From NCBI RefSeq assembly GCF_964204645.1, contig NC_134029.1:18780950-18844949 (forward strand): a stretch of DNA of 64,000 bases. Reading direction: 5' to 3'. The position numbers and the translations under genes are program-made. Under the pieces are notes generated by a model. It saw only the letters and a list, made by a program, of their open reading frames with translations, searched no databases and had not been told where the DNA came from. This document shows, one piece after another, positions 36,712 to 51,100 of the stretch. Source of the stretch: Tubulanus polymorphus (Eukaryota; Animalia; Nemertea). The number at the start of each line of letters is the position of its first letter. Position 1 is the stretch's first letter.

Positions 36712-37473
36712 GTGAGTCGAGTTTTCTAGCATTAATTAGTAAAATACTGTTAACATACCGCGTAATCCCCGTACTTTTAACGATTTACTTGTATCTTAAT
36801 TCATAGCGGATAACTTAAAGCGGTAATTTCGATTGTTTGAATCGCGGGATCAAGGTTAAACTGTTTTAATTTGTGAGGCCAGGCCTTTCTCGGTACAAAT
36901 TGAATTCAAATCAATCGAGACTTTATTGCTGTCACACAGGCACTGGCCCTTGGTTTTGGGACACAGTTCGTGGGGTTATTGATAATGTATCTGAGGATGG
37001 TTGTTCATAAATAAATCAGAGAAAAAGCATCTTGCTTCTTAAGTTTAAGAAGTAGGGCCATTGGCCGCTGCAGCTTGCTCCACGACCACCACAGCCTCGC
37101 AGTCACACAGGTCCACGGGACTACACAGGGGCTTGTAAATTTGAACTGGAAATGAATTCAAAATATCACAGAAATACCTTGTGTTGACATTGTTTACACC
37201 CGCTATAAAGTTTGGATAAACAATCGGTCGTTTAGGATCTATTATCAGATGGTCACGAAGCCTTAGGCCTACTATAAAATAATAAGGGATGAGACGGCTT
37301 TGCTTTTTGCCCAATTTTTGCCTGTGACTGTATTGCAATGTGGCCTAGGTTGTAGTAGTTTGATGCGTGGGCCATTTGGCCCTTATGGGAACTCTTCTCG
37401 CCTCTTCTCTTGGCAGTCTTAAGTTCCTTCGTAGTGAAATGTTCATGATGTTTTGTTCCTATTTTCAGTCACA

Positions 37474-40334
37474 ATGACGAATCCAAAGGGATACAGGCGG
37501 GGTACCCGTCACATGTTCTCCAGGAAGTTCAGGACGAAGGGTTACATCCCGCTGTCGACTTACATGAAAGTGTACAAGAGAGGTGACATCGTAGATATCA
37601 AGGTTCGTCAGGGTTTTTTAGGTGTTGCTTTGTTATTGTCAATACTGTATATCAGTTTAGTAATTTGCTGGGTAAAATAACGGTTTGGAAATATTTAAGA
37701 ATTTCCTCTTATCAGTGGAATATCTTGGATGTTCAGGGTACTGAAGAGCACAAAGGGTACCCCAATGCGGCTAAGCTATAAAAGGGGGTTTGGGGTCCTC
37801 CCCTTGGAACATTTTGGTGTTCTTCAAGGCCATTCAATGGTGTAATGGGAGGGAATAATTCATATTTCCTCAAAAAAAATTTTCCTCAACATTTTTGAGG
37901 GTGCCTTTGAGAATTAAGGAGGGGGACAGTCCCCCTGGATCCGTGTTTGTTTTTCAAGCGATTACCGTTAAAATATATCCCTGTTGTATGACGGTAATTG
38001 TTCATTAACACAAATCATCCATGAAATACTTCAGGTTTTTTAATTCATCATAAGAAATTGGGAACTATGGGTATTGGTAAATATGGTAATTTATACACAT
38101 ATATCTTCTTCCTATCACAGGCTAATGGTGCCGTTCAGAAGGGTATGCCGCATAAAGTGTATCATGGAAGAACTGGCAAAGTGTACAATGTTACTCCACA
38201 TGCTCTGGGAGTGATAGTCAACAAGCGAGTGAAGTAAGTGATAGGTCGAACAGACCTCAGTTGAGAGAAACCATTGGCATCCTATAGCTTAATGCAATGC
38301 GCGGATTCAATGAGGGGTACACTCCCCTCAGAATATTAAGTTTCCCCGAAATTTACGAAAAAAGTATATATAAAATATTTTACCATTATCTGAATGTTTC
38401 TGAATTGAAGGCTTGTTCTCTATATTTCTGAAAATGAGTCAATGTCTTTTTAAGTCTAAAGCTATAGAGTCAGTTGCATAAAAGTTGGTTAGACTGGAGT
38501 TAACCAGTGGATACTTGACATGGTGACGAAGTCCATTGTTGCTCGGTATTTATCCAGCGGTTATCTTCAACCAACATTTTTGAGCCGCTGGCCCCGGCCT
38601 ATTTAAAGGGGTGCACTCCTCGAATCTGAGGACTCGATCCAATGCAGATGAAATATAAATCGATGTTTAATTCCAGGGGACGAATTCTGCCGAAACGTAT
38701 CAACGTACGAGTAGAACACGTCAAACATTCGAATTGTCGTCTGGATTTCTTGAAACGCGTGAAGGAAAACGAACGCATCAAGAAGGAAGCCAAAGAGCAG
38801 GGCATCCAGGCCGATTTCAAACGAAAAGTGAGTTTGGCTATGAAATGAATATGTGTGAGAGCCACTTGGTGGCAACTGAGGATCTGCCATGATTGCATTA
38901 AATTTCTCAGTTATTGCACTAGACAATTTCTATTCTGGCTTTTCTTTAATCTTATGAGCACATAAGTTTTCGATAAAATTTTCATCACAGAGAGGGAAAA
39001 AAATATCAATTTCATATATATTCAATTACTTGTTTAGTCGAAGTTGTCATTGCTGGAATGATCATTATATTGACGACTTATCGAAATGATGTATTACATT
39101 AAGAACAGGGTCCCTACAACTCCTTGAATCCTTGAAAACTCCTTGATTTTTGAAAATATTTTTCAAGGTCCTTGAAAATCCTTTAATTTTGAGAAATATC
39201 CATGAACTCCTTGAAACTCCTTAAATTCTGGGAAAGTCCTATTAAAAATTTTCAAAAGGTCCTTTTCAGAAGACGGTGTATTCTATTATTCTTCATTATG
39301 TGACTTGTGAGTGAAAGTTGTTTCACTTTGAGATTTAAAACATTTAAACATGTAAAACCAAAACGGCACACACAACAACTGATCAAAATCTGAGAAAAAC
39401 ATGGATTTTGTTTTTGAATTTTCGACTTTTTTCCTTATATATGACCGCGTAAACCTCCTTAAATTTTGAAAATTACTCCTTAAAAATTCCTTGAATTCTG
39501 GATACCAGGAATTGTAGGAACCTTGAAGAAAGTTAATTCAACTGGAAATACAGATAACCCCGCGTATATCGCCCACATCGGTTCAGAACTATTTTGTTGG
39601 TACACAGTATGGCGGTATATCGGGGATGTTTTACTATGTATTTGTATTGAGAAATTGTAAAACCTGGTGGTATGCGGGTATGGCGGTATGTGAGAGGGCA
39701 GTATATCAGGGGTTGACTGTACATACATTATTAGGGCCTAATATGATGGAATAATATGACAACTTGACCAAGAGTTCGGTTGTATTCAGAATTAAGAAGC
39801 TAAAAATCCAGTTCAAATTTCATTGAAAATTGATACAATTTTGTAACTGATTTGCACTACGTATAACTGTACGTATTGTGGTATGCGGTGTGTGCTGGTA
39901 CTCCTTCTTGGATGACTGTGCAAAATTTATATATTTAATCCTCAAAATACCTTCCGTGCTCAAGCCCAAGATTTGAAGTATCATCTGGTGTAGATGACGG
40001 TCGTGAGATGCAGTCAATGAACATGATACATTACCCCTTAGTTGAAAATGAATATAATCGACTTCCTTTGTTTTCTGTCCGTATTCTCTCAATTGTCGAT
40101 TGTGATATTTGGTTATTCGCTACCCTTCAGTTTTTGATTATCCACCTCAAGTGTGGCAGATAATCAAGAGTTCTTTCTTCAACTATGCTCACTGCATGCC
40201 GAAATTGGCGTATGTTAATTTGTATTTCGTTTCTTTCTTTGTAGCCTGTAGGTCCGAGAGAAGCTCATTTCGTGCGAACGAAGTTTAACAAACCACAAGT
40301 CATTGAGCCGATACCGTACGAGTTCATCGCATAA
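37474..40334 (+). CDS. RPL21: 60S ribosomal protein L21 (eL21), 160 aa
   Basis: Exons 37474-37602, 38121-38233, 38677-38827, 40245-40334 give [38 protein letters not shown]../[18 protein letters not shown]../..[15 protein letters not shown] at ~40359. Confidence 0.97.
38401..38579 (+). ncRNA. Candidate intronic H/ACA snoRNA in RPL21
   Basis: Hairpin 1 (tgaattga..ctctata / tatagag.tcagttgca), H box ATAAAA at 38478-38483, hairpin 2 (tggtt..aaccagtggata / tatccagcggtt..aacca), then ACA at 38574-38576 plus 3 nt. Folded by eye only. Confidence 0.45.
39106..39527. mobile_element. MITE with CAGGGTCCCTACA terminus and tccttgaa sub-repeats (hAT-like)
   Basis: cagggtccctacaa ... ttgtaggaacct. Related sequence at ~28440-28690 and ~3356. 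Confidence 0.55.
39551..39719. mobile_element. Tc1/mariner-type MITE
   Basis: ta-cagataacccc ... ggggttgactg-ta; homologous to 2745-2875. Confidence 0.6.
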
Positions 40335-42177
40335 ATTTCTATCGTGTATAAATGAATGAATAAAAAAATCATGTTAAGAGAATTTATAGGTCGTCTGTCG
40401 TGGATTATTTTATTGGTCAGCAGTTGATTTCTGGAAAGAATTTAAGGTTTCTTGGATATATTGTATTAAGATTATCTCTACCGTGGTTCAGATGTTGTTT
40501 TCCCAAGGCTAACCCTATTGGATTGTTCATAACCTCATGCAGGATGGCTTAGGTAGTGTGCCGAACACGGAAAGCGGCATTTTTTTAATGAGGACAACAG
40601 TTAGAAGCTTAAACTTAGTGATGAAACAACTCAAGACTCGGACCTGCTTGTCACTCTAGGCTGGTACTCAATGCTAGTAGGTTTTGCAGCTGGACCAATC
40701 CCTCATGACAATCATTGCTCATCCAGTCAAGTTCTAAGTATTCATTTGGAACCCAAATAAGTTTTAGTGGACTTAAGATGCCAGACAAGTGACATTTAAT
40801 TTTATCAACGCACTTAGGTATGGCAGAAGGTCCATCATGTAAATCTCGACAGGTAAGGGAGCATTCGACTTAAGGCCAATTTAGCAATTTTTAAATCCGC
40901 CTTACCTCATTCCATCTATGTACTTATTTCATTGACCCCTATCTGTTCGTCTGCAAGTCCCCCACTTAAAACACTGTATCTCGATAACCCACGGTACACC
41001 GAAACAATTGAGCCAAGCTCCGCTCGACGCTTTCACTGACCTAAGGATTTTTATTAAGGAACTAGGAGAAGACAGTGTTATGATATATGGGCCCAGTTCC
41101 ATAGTCATGGCTTAGACTTAAGACCAATTTAAGACTATCTTAGTTCTATGACCAATCTAACAACTTAAGACCAGTCTTAAAATTTAAGACCATTTTTGGA
41201 CTTAAGTCTCAACTGAGGAACCAGCCCCGTACTGTAATTAAGTCACCCCGGTAGAGCGGGTACATGATCAAACTTACTTATTAAGCACAAAAATCCTGAA
41301 TTTCAAGACTCGATCACCCTTATTAAGGTTAACAGCCAGAGATCTGTAATGCTTGTTGTGGAATAAGACGATTTCGATGAAAAATTTTATTGACAATCAA
41401 AATATATACAATATCATTCTTTTTGTACAACTACTTAATTATATATTATATTATAAAAGATTACTAGCAATTAAATTATATAACTTATCATCAAATTACC
41501 CCTGGTATATAAAATTTACAAAAATAATCATTGAAATTTCTTGTTAATCCCAGTCAGTTACACTATTACCGTATCTCAATATAAGTCCTATGAACCATGA
41601 ACATTCTTCGTTATTAAAATCGATTAACTTGCATAAATGTGACTAGATTTGCACATTGCATTGAGCACCATCAGAAATATGAGTATATAAAAGCAATTAT
41701 TATGTTCCTCCTATTTAATAGATATTATTCGATCATTCAAATATGACAATAAGTATAAGTATTTATTCACATAATAGATTTATACAAAGCATTTAGGTCG
41801 CGGGGTATACATGTGTAATAGAAAACAATGTAGCAATAAATTATGCTAGGGGTTAGGAAAAACCAAATCAACGGCTTAAACGAGTCCTTTCCCCTCGACA
41901 ACATACACACCTCACAATAAACCGTGGTCAACTATGGAATACACGTACCGGTATATAAAATATATGCAAAGCAGATGATTGTAAATTTCTATGAAATGAT
42001 GTACATGTATATAAAATAAAACGGTAACATGAAATGACTGAACTACAGCAGTTGTCATTCTGCTGTCTGTACCCACCTTCTCAGATGATCACCTTTTGAA
42101 GGGCGAAGTTTGGACGAACACATTTTTCAACAAATGGTGACTATTAGTCAAAAAATTGATGGTTCACGCATGACACC

Positions 42178-45100
42178 TTAATTCTTTTCAAAGAAATATG
42201 TGCGGGGTATTGGCACAGTGGTGGTGACGCCTGGGCGAACATGTTTTGGGAAAGTAGGGAATGTCTGTCGAATGTCTGAGGGTAGTGTGCGTACAGACAA
42301 CGGGCGGGTTGATAGCTGCATTGAATTATATAGATTAGATTCCGATAACTATATTCTAAGCAAAACTAAATCTCAACCTTTTGTACACGACTCTCAAGTA
42401 TGAATGAATACAAATTCATTTGATATAATCTCCTGTAAACAGAGCCCGGGCTATGCGTTCAGCTCATCGAAGATCTCAAATCGTTTTCGCAATCATCGAT
42501 TTGACCAGCAATTACGATGTACCAAAATTAACAATAATACCAATAACGATAAATGTTTGAACGATTATTTACATTCTACGACATAGTTATAAGCGTAAAT
42601 ATACAACCAATGTATGAGAAATGATTTTTCCGGAAGATGAGCATACATGAAAATGTTGAGCGTGAACAAACGGCTTGATTGGAAAGAACTTCAAAATCGC
42701 TCTTCGAGACATTGAGAGACAGAGGGAGATCATGTCCTGAAATGATGGACCGTGGTAGCAGTAGCAGTCGATGCATCCTAAAGTTTATTCGTTCTGTTCG
42801 CACGAAATCACTCGCAGTTCAACGGAATCACTTTCGTTTGTATATTTTCGATATAGTTTTACCTAATTTTGGTGAAGACGTTCTCTGTAAAAGTAATTCG
42901 TACACGCATTAATTACGAAAGCTGATCGAAGAACCGATCGACAACCAATCAGTTTACTTACCACGCCCTCTACTGTTTGTAGGGAAGTTCGTCTGACATT
43001 TGGTATCGTCGTATGACCTTCAGGGTATAATCCACCTGGGTGCTACAATGAACAAAACGGTTGTTTGTAACATGAAACAAATATTCCCATGGATATATCA
43101 TACAAGTAGAACCCACTTCATTCTGATCATTTGGAACCAAGGAAATTAATCCAGTTAATAAGATATCTGGATTAACCTCTTCAGTGCTAACTAATTAATA
43201 CCCGAAACAGCTAAAGATAATTTGAAAATATTTTCTAAGATTCCGCCCCAGTGTATTGAATAACAGGCATATCGCGTTAGTGTGTATACACCGTGATGCG
43301 GTGTATCATTAGTTGCTAATATTGCACAATGTTTGACAGGTGCTGCAATCTTTCAATAGAGATAAAAGACAATTACTAATAGCATCAATACACCGCAATG
43401 CAGTGTACTAGCAAAGTTCATCACTGATTTATACACGGCACTGTAGTGTAGATGCACTGAAAGTGTTAAACATGATATTTTACATAAATTTATGTATAGA
43501 TGCCGACTTTATTGGGATTAGATCAAAGTGAAAATTAACAAAAAGCAGGTTTGAATGTACAACCTTGCGACCAGTTGTGTATTAGTTTCAAAGATTTTCA
43601 GTGAAAGTTATATCGATATGAGCATTAAGATGCGGCAACAAATCAATCCCATAGACACTCACAATCTTTCATAAGACGTTCGCGTGAACTGTGACAACAT
43701 ATGAATATACATTGATATGACACATTGGTTTCATGCCCTACCTGAGCAGAAATCATTCCAGCTAACCACTTATAGAATTCTTCGGCATTGTTGCAAGCGA
43801 TAGTTCGACCGAAGAAAGGGCTGTCTCGACTTTTAATGACCCGTTCTAATTTCTCTACGAACGTGAAACAATACCTAAAAATACGATTTTACAAAAAGGG
43901 TGTCATTTTCAGTTTAATATGACAACTGCATGAGAATTGATTCATTTTTAACCTGGCTTATATGAATAACTTATCAGTCTTAAGACATTTCAGGCAAGAC
44001 CCCGCCTTCTAGACCTTTCATGCTCGCAAAGGGAGTAAATAACCTACAGACCTACAGCCAGCAACTGAGCTACTAAGGGGTTTGTTATACTGGTACTTAA
44101 AATAGCAAAGACACTATGGCCAGAAATCAGATTCAGAGCACTGATATGTACCCTGACTAAATGGCATGGTTTAACTGAAATTTGCCCGCACCATCTATCA
44201 ATGAATATGTGCTGAAAACACCATTAGACAAATTATTTGCAGCAATAAGGGAATCTTACTTGGTCGGTGGGGAACGTTTGTGTTCTGTGCCAACGTACAC
44301 CAACAAGTCTTCAACATTCCACGACGATATTACATTAGTTGCCTGTATATAAAAGAAAATATATAATTTCATGTAGGGATGAATTTTTCAAAATCCAACT
44401 CAATAATCTTCATTAAATACATATAATACGGTGCATATTACGTTTTTACCTGTGGTGATTTGAAATAACTGAGTTTCGACTGCTTGAATTCGAAGCAGAA
44501 TTTTTTGAAAGCCTTTCGCTCGCTGAGTTTCAGTTCACTAAACATCGGTGATGCTGTATCCATCTGTAAAATACAGGGGTAGAACCATTGCTTAAGGTAC
44601 TGCTGAAACGTATAGTATAGTTAGTATACATCGATGTGGGGGGCTTCATTAGCCCTTGCATCAGGACAGGAGAGTTGCAGAGAAGCAGCGTTAACCTGGT
44701 GTCGAATCAGATGAAGACAGATAGTACTTTGATGGTTACCTAGATTTACTTAGAGTACAAACTGTCGCTACTAGTACATAGCAGCTTCATAAGGTAAGTG
44801 ACTCATTTACCATATGAAGCTACTATGCACTAGCAGGGAAAGTTCAAAATCTAAACAAATCTAGTTAACCATCAAAGTACTACCAGTATCTGTCTTTACG
44901 TTTTAGTGCAAGGAAGGCGAGATTAATTCCGGACTAGACATCAGAGTTACTATTGGTTATAAGGTCCCCAGAAATGTGCTCAGCGCCGCATGGGGTATAG
45001 CAATGCGTTCAGTTGTTTTTCTTCCTACAGAGAGAGGCCGGATGATAGCTATCAACTGAGAAACACTGCCATCGCCAGTATTCAAACCTGGACCCCAGAT

Positions 45101-48100
45101 TGATGAGACCAGTGAAACACCTACGTTCAAACCACCTAAAACTCAGCTTGGATTACATCATACCTTTTTTCAATTCTTAAACACTCATTTGCGTTTGAAA
45201 TAAGAGAATTTACGTACCACCAGTTCGATGTTTTCATACAAGACATTCTCTTTGACGCAAAGATAATTCTGAACAGTGAAATCAGCATGCCAGTTTACCC
45301 AGTTCATTAGAACTTGCAACACATTCTCGCCGTGATGGAGAACTCGTTCTAGAAAGAGAATTGTAGATCTTCACCGTTTAAAAAGTAATTCGTAAATTTC
45401 TTTTAGGATGAAAGACTTAACTATTGAAATATTACCAAGATCGCCGTGACAAATCATCTCATGTAAGCCCCAGTTATCTGGTGCCAGATGAGCCTTGTTG
45501 ACCACTTGGTCAACAACTTCTTTCGCTGTCATTTGCGCTGCAACTTTGATATTGACGCATTGTCCCTCCCTGTTCCCGACAAAAACTTCAACAATGAAAT
45601 CTTCAGCATTTCCCGGACTCTAAAATCATAATTACGCCTATCAACGATTCATGCGATTCTATCAATAAACATGTCAAGGTATCATCGTGTTTCTAAATCT
45701 AAAACTGTACCTTTTGTTTCATTGCCTCTTCGATATCCTTCTTTGCTTGTTCAATTTTCATTTCCGTTTCCATTTTGGTATCTCTCAACTCGAACAAAGC
45801 TTCGTGAAACGCTATCAAATCGACCATCACGCGTATTTCGCTGTTTGTGTCTCCGAATCCGAGCGCTTCTTCCTTCATTTCAAAAAGAAAAAACACTTTC
45901 AACAACGGCTTTAATCTTTATGGTTCAAATATCTATTCGGCGAAGATCTCGATATTGCTTACATCATCCAATTTCATAGTTGTTGGTCCGAATAACGAAG
46001 CAAGGTTTGTCGCAGACATTCTATTCTGAGGTTCTTGTTTAGCCACGCTATATTTGACAATATGGAAAATAATGCCATTGAGATAATCATCTCGAGCAGT
46101 AATGCCTAGCGTACATCGAACTTGCAACTGATCATATCCAGTTGCTAGTGAACGAGTACCCCCCCCCTCACATCGAAAATCTAGCAAAAACCAGCAACTG
46201 TGTGGTTCATGCCAGTCTCTAGGTCCATAGCGCGTACATCGACAGCAACTGGGATGCGTTAACTAACAAATATTTTTGAGGGCATCTTAAGTGACGTGTC
46301 ATTTTGCTTTGTTTTAGTCAGTTGCAACCATGTGTCGTTGATTATGGATTGCACACATTGGAAGACATGACAGTAACTAAGTAAAACTAGTTGCTCAAAA
46401 GTAGAACATGGACATGGAACTGGAGATCGTCGCTTACCAGTCATAAGCTAGCTAACATCGACGAATACTAGCAACTGATTGTATCCAGCCAGTTCCTCTC
46501 ATACGCCAAAAACTGCCTTGCAACTAGTAGTCCCCAATCGCAGTGTCGATGTACGCTAGGCTTGAAATTTCAAATCAAACCGCAAATGAATAGAAGATTA
46601 CTTACTCTTTGAGATGAAGGACTAGTTTCTTTAATGTGCAGTAATTTATCTCTGGTAACTCCTTTAACAAGTATTTGTACCACTGAAGTTTTGAAGCATG
46701 ATCAGCAATACCTGAATAAAAAGAATGTAAAATCGTGGTGAATTCTGATTTATATGAATTTAAGTCGTATTTTCATAAGTGTATCTATTATTGATCTCCA
46801 TAGGTTTTCCTAGCACGGCAAACAGGAGTGCACACATTCGTTTTAATAACAAAACCCACCGAGAACAAATATAACAACGATCGGCCAGTTTAGTCTGCTC
46901 TTCTAGTGGGATCTCACTCATTATGTACAAGAATCCTTGTTGCCATCAGATTTCAACTTGATCGGGCTTGACTGTAGTAAACAAGTACTTACCTGCGGTG
47001 TTGACCCACTTTTCATGAAGGCTAGACGTCAGAAGAGGATCCGACAGCGTACGCAGGTAGCGTTTCATACAATTAGTTATATCGTGCACTTCATAATCTT
47101 CTAGTTTCAAATGCACTGACCTTGAATCTGCACATAATAAGAGAAGCTTTCATTTTTAACTAGCCTTACAAATTGTGGAATTTTAGTAGCGTGGCAAAAC
47201 ATTTAATACTCCATTTGGAGAGCCAATGAAAATGGGTAGGCATGCAATCGATATATTAATATGAAACTATGTACCAGCTTCTGTCACTGTGGAGAAGAAA
47301 TGGGCCTTGATATTTGGTGCGGTAGTCAATCAATGTATAACTAATGACACGGCTAGAAGTGGGTGTGAAAATATTCATAGGGGGCGGGGCCAAATTGAGG
47401 CAAACAAAATTTCAGCCAATCTGTGAATTTCAATTATGGACTATCATTGTATCAAAACAATTTTACAGTGTAGTACTGAGACGTCACATGGTCTCCACGA
47501 GCATGGGCATATACCACATAATTTTTGAATGGTCCGACGAGATTTCATGGCCAATAAAATCGAAAAAGGATCAAGTTTTTATCATGGCATTAAATCGGGT
47601 GTTATTGTAATACATTTGTATAAGATTGGCCTAGGAGATAACGGTGGTGGTGGCAGAATGCGAGGGGTGGTAAATCGGGGTTTTTCCTGTACATTTTAGA
47701 TACGAATGTTGGTGGTGAATTGGGGCGCCTTAAATCGAGGTACAACTGTACTTCACAAAGTCTGGCCTATTACCTTCAGCAAATTCAGTCAAAAGATTAT
47801 TTATTTTGCTGTTTGTTCCACTTCTCCTGTAAATCCCTTCTTCCTCCATTCCATGAGTTGCGACAAATTCGATACATTTGTCGATTATAACCGGTATATT
47901 TTCGTGGGTCAGTTGTTGCTCGTCCAACGCCTTACCGCCCTCCTGGAAATAATAATTTTTTCCAAGATTTCCGAGGAGAAAACTTTTAAAAACAGGTTGC
48001 ATTCATTTTAGAATACTAGACATACCGAGACAGTTTTCTTGATCCAATTCCACCATGATTCCGTTTCCACCCGTGTGCATCCTTGCATGTACAGAGCCCT

Positions 48101-51100
48101 TCGATAACAAAACAACAATAAGTTACAAGTAAAACCAAAATTCACATTCACCATCTATCTTAGCTAAAGCTCAAAAATTTTCACCAGCGAAAAAAGATCT
48201 CGGCTCGAGAGTAGACTCTACTCTAGTGTACGCAAAATTATTACTTAAGTCAGACTTATGAAATCCGACTTAATCGTACTTTTTGTACCAGCTTATTCCT
48301 AAATGGACTGGGGCTTCAGAAATTGACTGACATATGCATATATCTGAGTTAAGCGTATTCAACTTATCCGTACTCCACTGTACTTTATACTCCACTGGGA
48401 CTGCTTTTGAATTACGAAGTGTGATCATCTGTGGAAGTAACGAATGTCCCATATTTTCTGTCCATGGCAGCTACTCCCCCCCCCCCCCCCCCATTTACAA
48501 ATTCCGAGTCTTCCCGATTTTCCATGTTATAACACAAAATAGTGTGAATGGACAGGTGAATGGAGAAATTTCTTGGTATCGATGTTACAATTCATTCATT
48601 TTTCACGAATCGTGTATTGATAAATCAACGCATGTTCAATAACTTATCCAAATTTCCTGAGTTTTCCAGGTTTTTCTTTTACAAAATTGAGTTTCCCCCA
48701 ATTTTTCTAGATTTTTCAGATTCCCTGAGTGTCAGTGGCCACAGTGCTGTAGGTTTAGTAAGGACACACGTACCTTCCCCCGGGTAAATCAATGATGAAA
48801 TTCAGTCCACCCTCAACTGCCAGTGAACAGGTTTCTTCATCATCTTCGTGCTGTGCTGTAAAACCAGAAATATTGATGACAGTGTTTTTACAATGCATGT
48901 ATTCTTATTTGTAATCACGGTATCTGTAGTTCTTTGGGGTCTATATGTAAAAACTTACTCAAACCGGAAACTTTTCGAAGGTCAACTGTACTAATCTCAT
49001 TCAAAACCTGAAAATAACAAGATATTATAAGAATTTTATCAAGAAAAGACCAATCATACCACAGTTGATGCATTCCAGGTGCAATATTTCAATTTTGAAT
49101 ACTAACTGAATCAAAGATGAATAAATGTTTTCCCTTCACTTGTAGGAAGCATTGGAACCAATCCTACAAAAAAAAACATCCAAATCATTATTGATCAAGG
49201 TTAAGTATTTATCAAAGAAAATCTAATACTTTTTGAGGTAAAGCTCATTTATGGTAGGGGCTATTCAAAATAAGCTTACCCTTTATCGTCATGCTTAATC
49301 TATTTTTTGATCTTGAAATACAGAATTTTCCCTCAGTGTTATTCATTTAAATCGAAGTACTTAATTGGAAATTTCCAACCAGTCTGAACCGCATGAGACT
49401 GGTTGAGGTTTGATTTCTTAATGGACTATATTGGCATTAAAGCGTGTTAGATTATTCCAGTCATAGCTACAATTTTCGGATGCGAATCTTGGATAACCAG
49501 AAGTCAAATTGTTAGTGTTGCTGTCACACCTGTTAACATATAAACTACATGTATATTAGTTGTAACTTACCCCTGTTTTCCCATGTTTTATGTAAAGATT
49601 TCCACACCTGTCGAAGTCCGTCAGACTCGAGGCTACATCGGGAGGGCAGAAGCTCTGAAATGAATAACTAAAATTTGATAAAACACAGCTTTAACGAGAG
49701 TACTTCTGGGTAATAAAAGGAAGCTGTCAAAACTTGAAGAAACTTCAGTCTATGTGATCTCTCATTACCTTGGCAATAGCTTTCATCCAAGCCATTTTTT
49801 CCTCTTCGGTATCAGCGGCGAATAAATAAACGCGGTTGTCGCATTTCCTAGTACCGACCTCAAAGCAGTGCTCATATCTGCAAAAGTCGGAGCGAAAATT
49901 CAACAGGGCACACCAACAGACCTGTCTGGTATTCAAGGGTGTCTCTTCGTGCCAAGCCAGAAGCAGGGAAGCAAAAAGAAGGTAAACCTGTCCAAAACTA
50001 AAACTACTGGCAACACACTAGTACATACAGATTACATACTACAAAACATGAACCCACCACTTATTTTCTCATCAATTCATTCATTTTAAAGTTTGATGTG
50101 ATACATAATAATATCATAGAGAAGTCTGTTTAAGACTACTCTTGTTTATATATAATGGTACAATCAAGCATGTACATGCAGCTCCCAGCCATTACATCCT
50201 TTTCAGTGAGACATATGTCACACAGCTAAAACCCCTGTAGGTTTTCCTTGTCCTGACAAAAAACTTTCTACTCAAAAAATCAAGACATATCATTAGCAAG
50301 ACAGTTATGACCTATCTACATTCTCGGTTTCCCTTTAGCATGAAACTTTCCTGCATGCTGTTAAATGGTATGACGAGACTAGGATTTGGCTCTAGTTGTC
50401 AACAGGATAATAACGGGTGATCTCAAACTTTCTTTGTCATGCGTACGTCGTAAAATATAAGCCGAAACGAGACGAAGCAAACATGATGATAGACACGAAT
50501 ACAAATATAGCTGCAACATTAAGGCCATGCATCGAGAACACGCCTACCTCGCGGTATAAGAAATCGGTCGCAACACGTTGAATCTGAATAGAATTTTTTT
50601 CAAGATGAAAAGTGTTTAGACTTCAAAGTTTTCTCATATAAGAGGCACAGTAATGTTTATATGTTTACTCATGATGAATAGCTACGGTCAGGGCGGATCG
50701 AGGTGGAGGGTGTAGGAGTGTGCTAAAAATGTCAAATTGCCCTAAAATTTTACGGGAAAATGAAAAATATTAAACTGATACCTAAAAAGTTTAAATTCAT
50801 CAGTTGTTCTCCGTATTTCTTGTAGTGAATGTTTTCTGTTGATCTTTTTTTTCTCGATGCTTTCATTAATCAAATGTTATGCCCTTTTTTTGGGGGTACA
50901 CCCCTCCCTAAATCCGCCCCTGTCAGCATGTATTGTAAAACTTTCCTTTGTTAATTTGCACCATTGTAAGCTTAACTTATGTTATGAAACACAAAATAGA
51001 ATCGATTCTAGCTTTAACCAGCGGCTTGTTTTGTAGTCCAGTTTTAACTTCAACCCCGGGGGTTAAAGCAAAACCTGATCAATATGATCGGAATCCAGAT

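Noticed and set aside
39741-39850. C/D snoRNA candidate (atgatgg...ctga) in an RPL21 intron
   Set aside because: Imperfect C box, no convincing terminal stem and no rRNA antisense element found.
49922-49987. 66-nt AG..GT-bounded segment in the ARAP PH3 intron with an in-frame TGA (poison exon?)
   Set aside because: Weak donor (gtctgt) and only a ~44-nt downstream intron; unsupported without RNA data.
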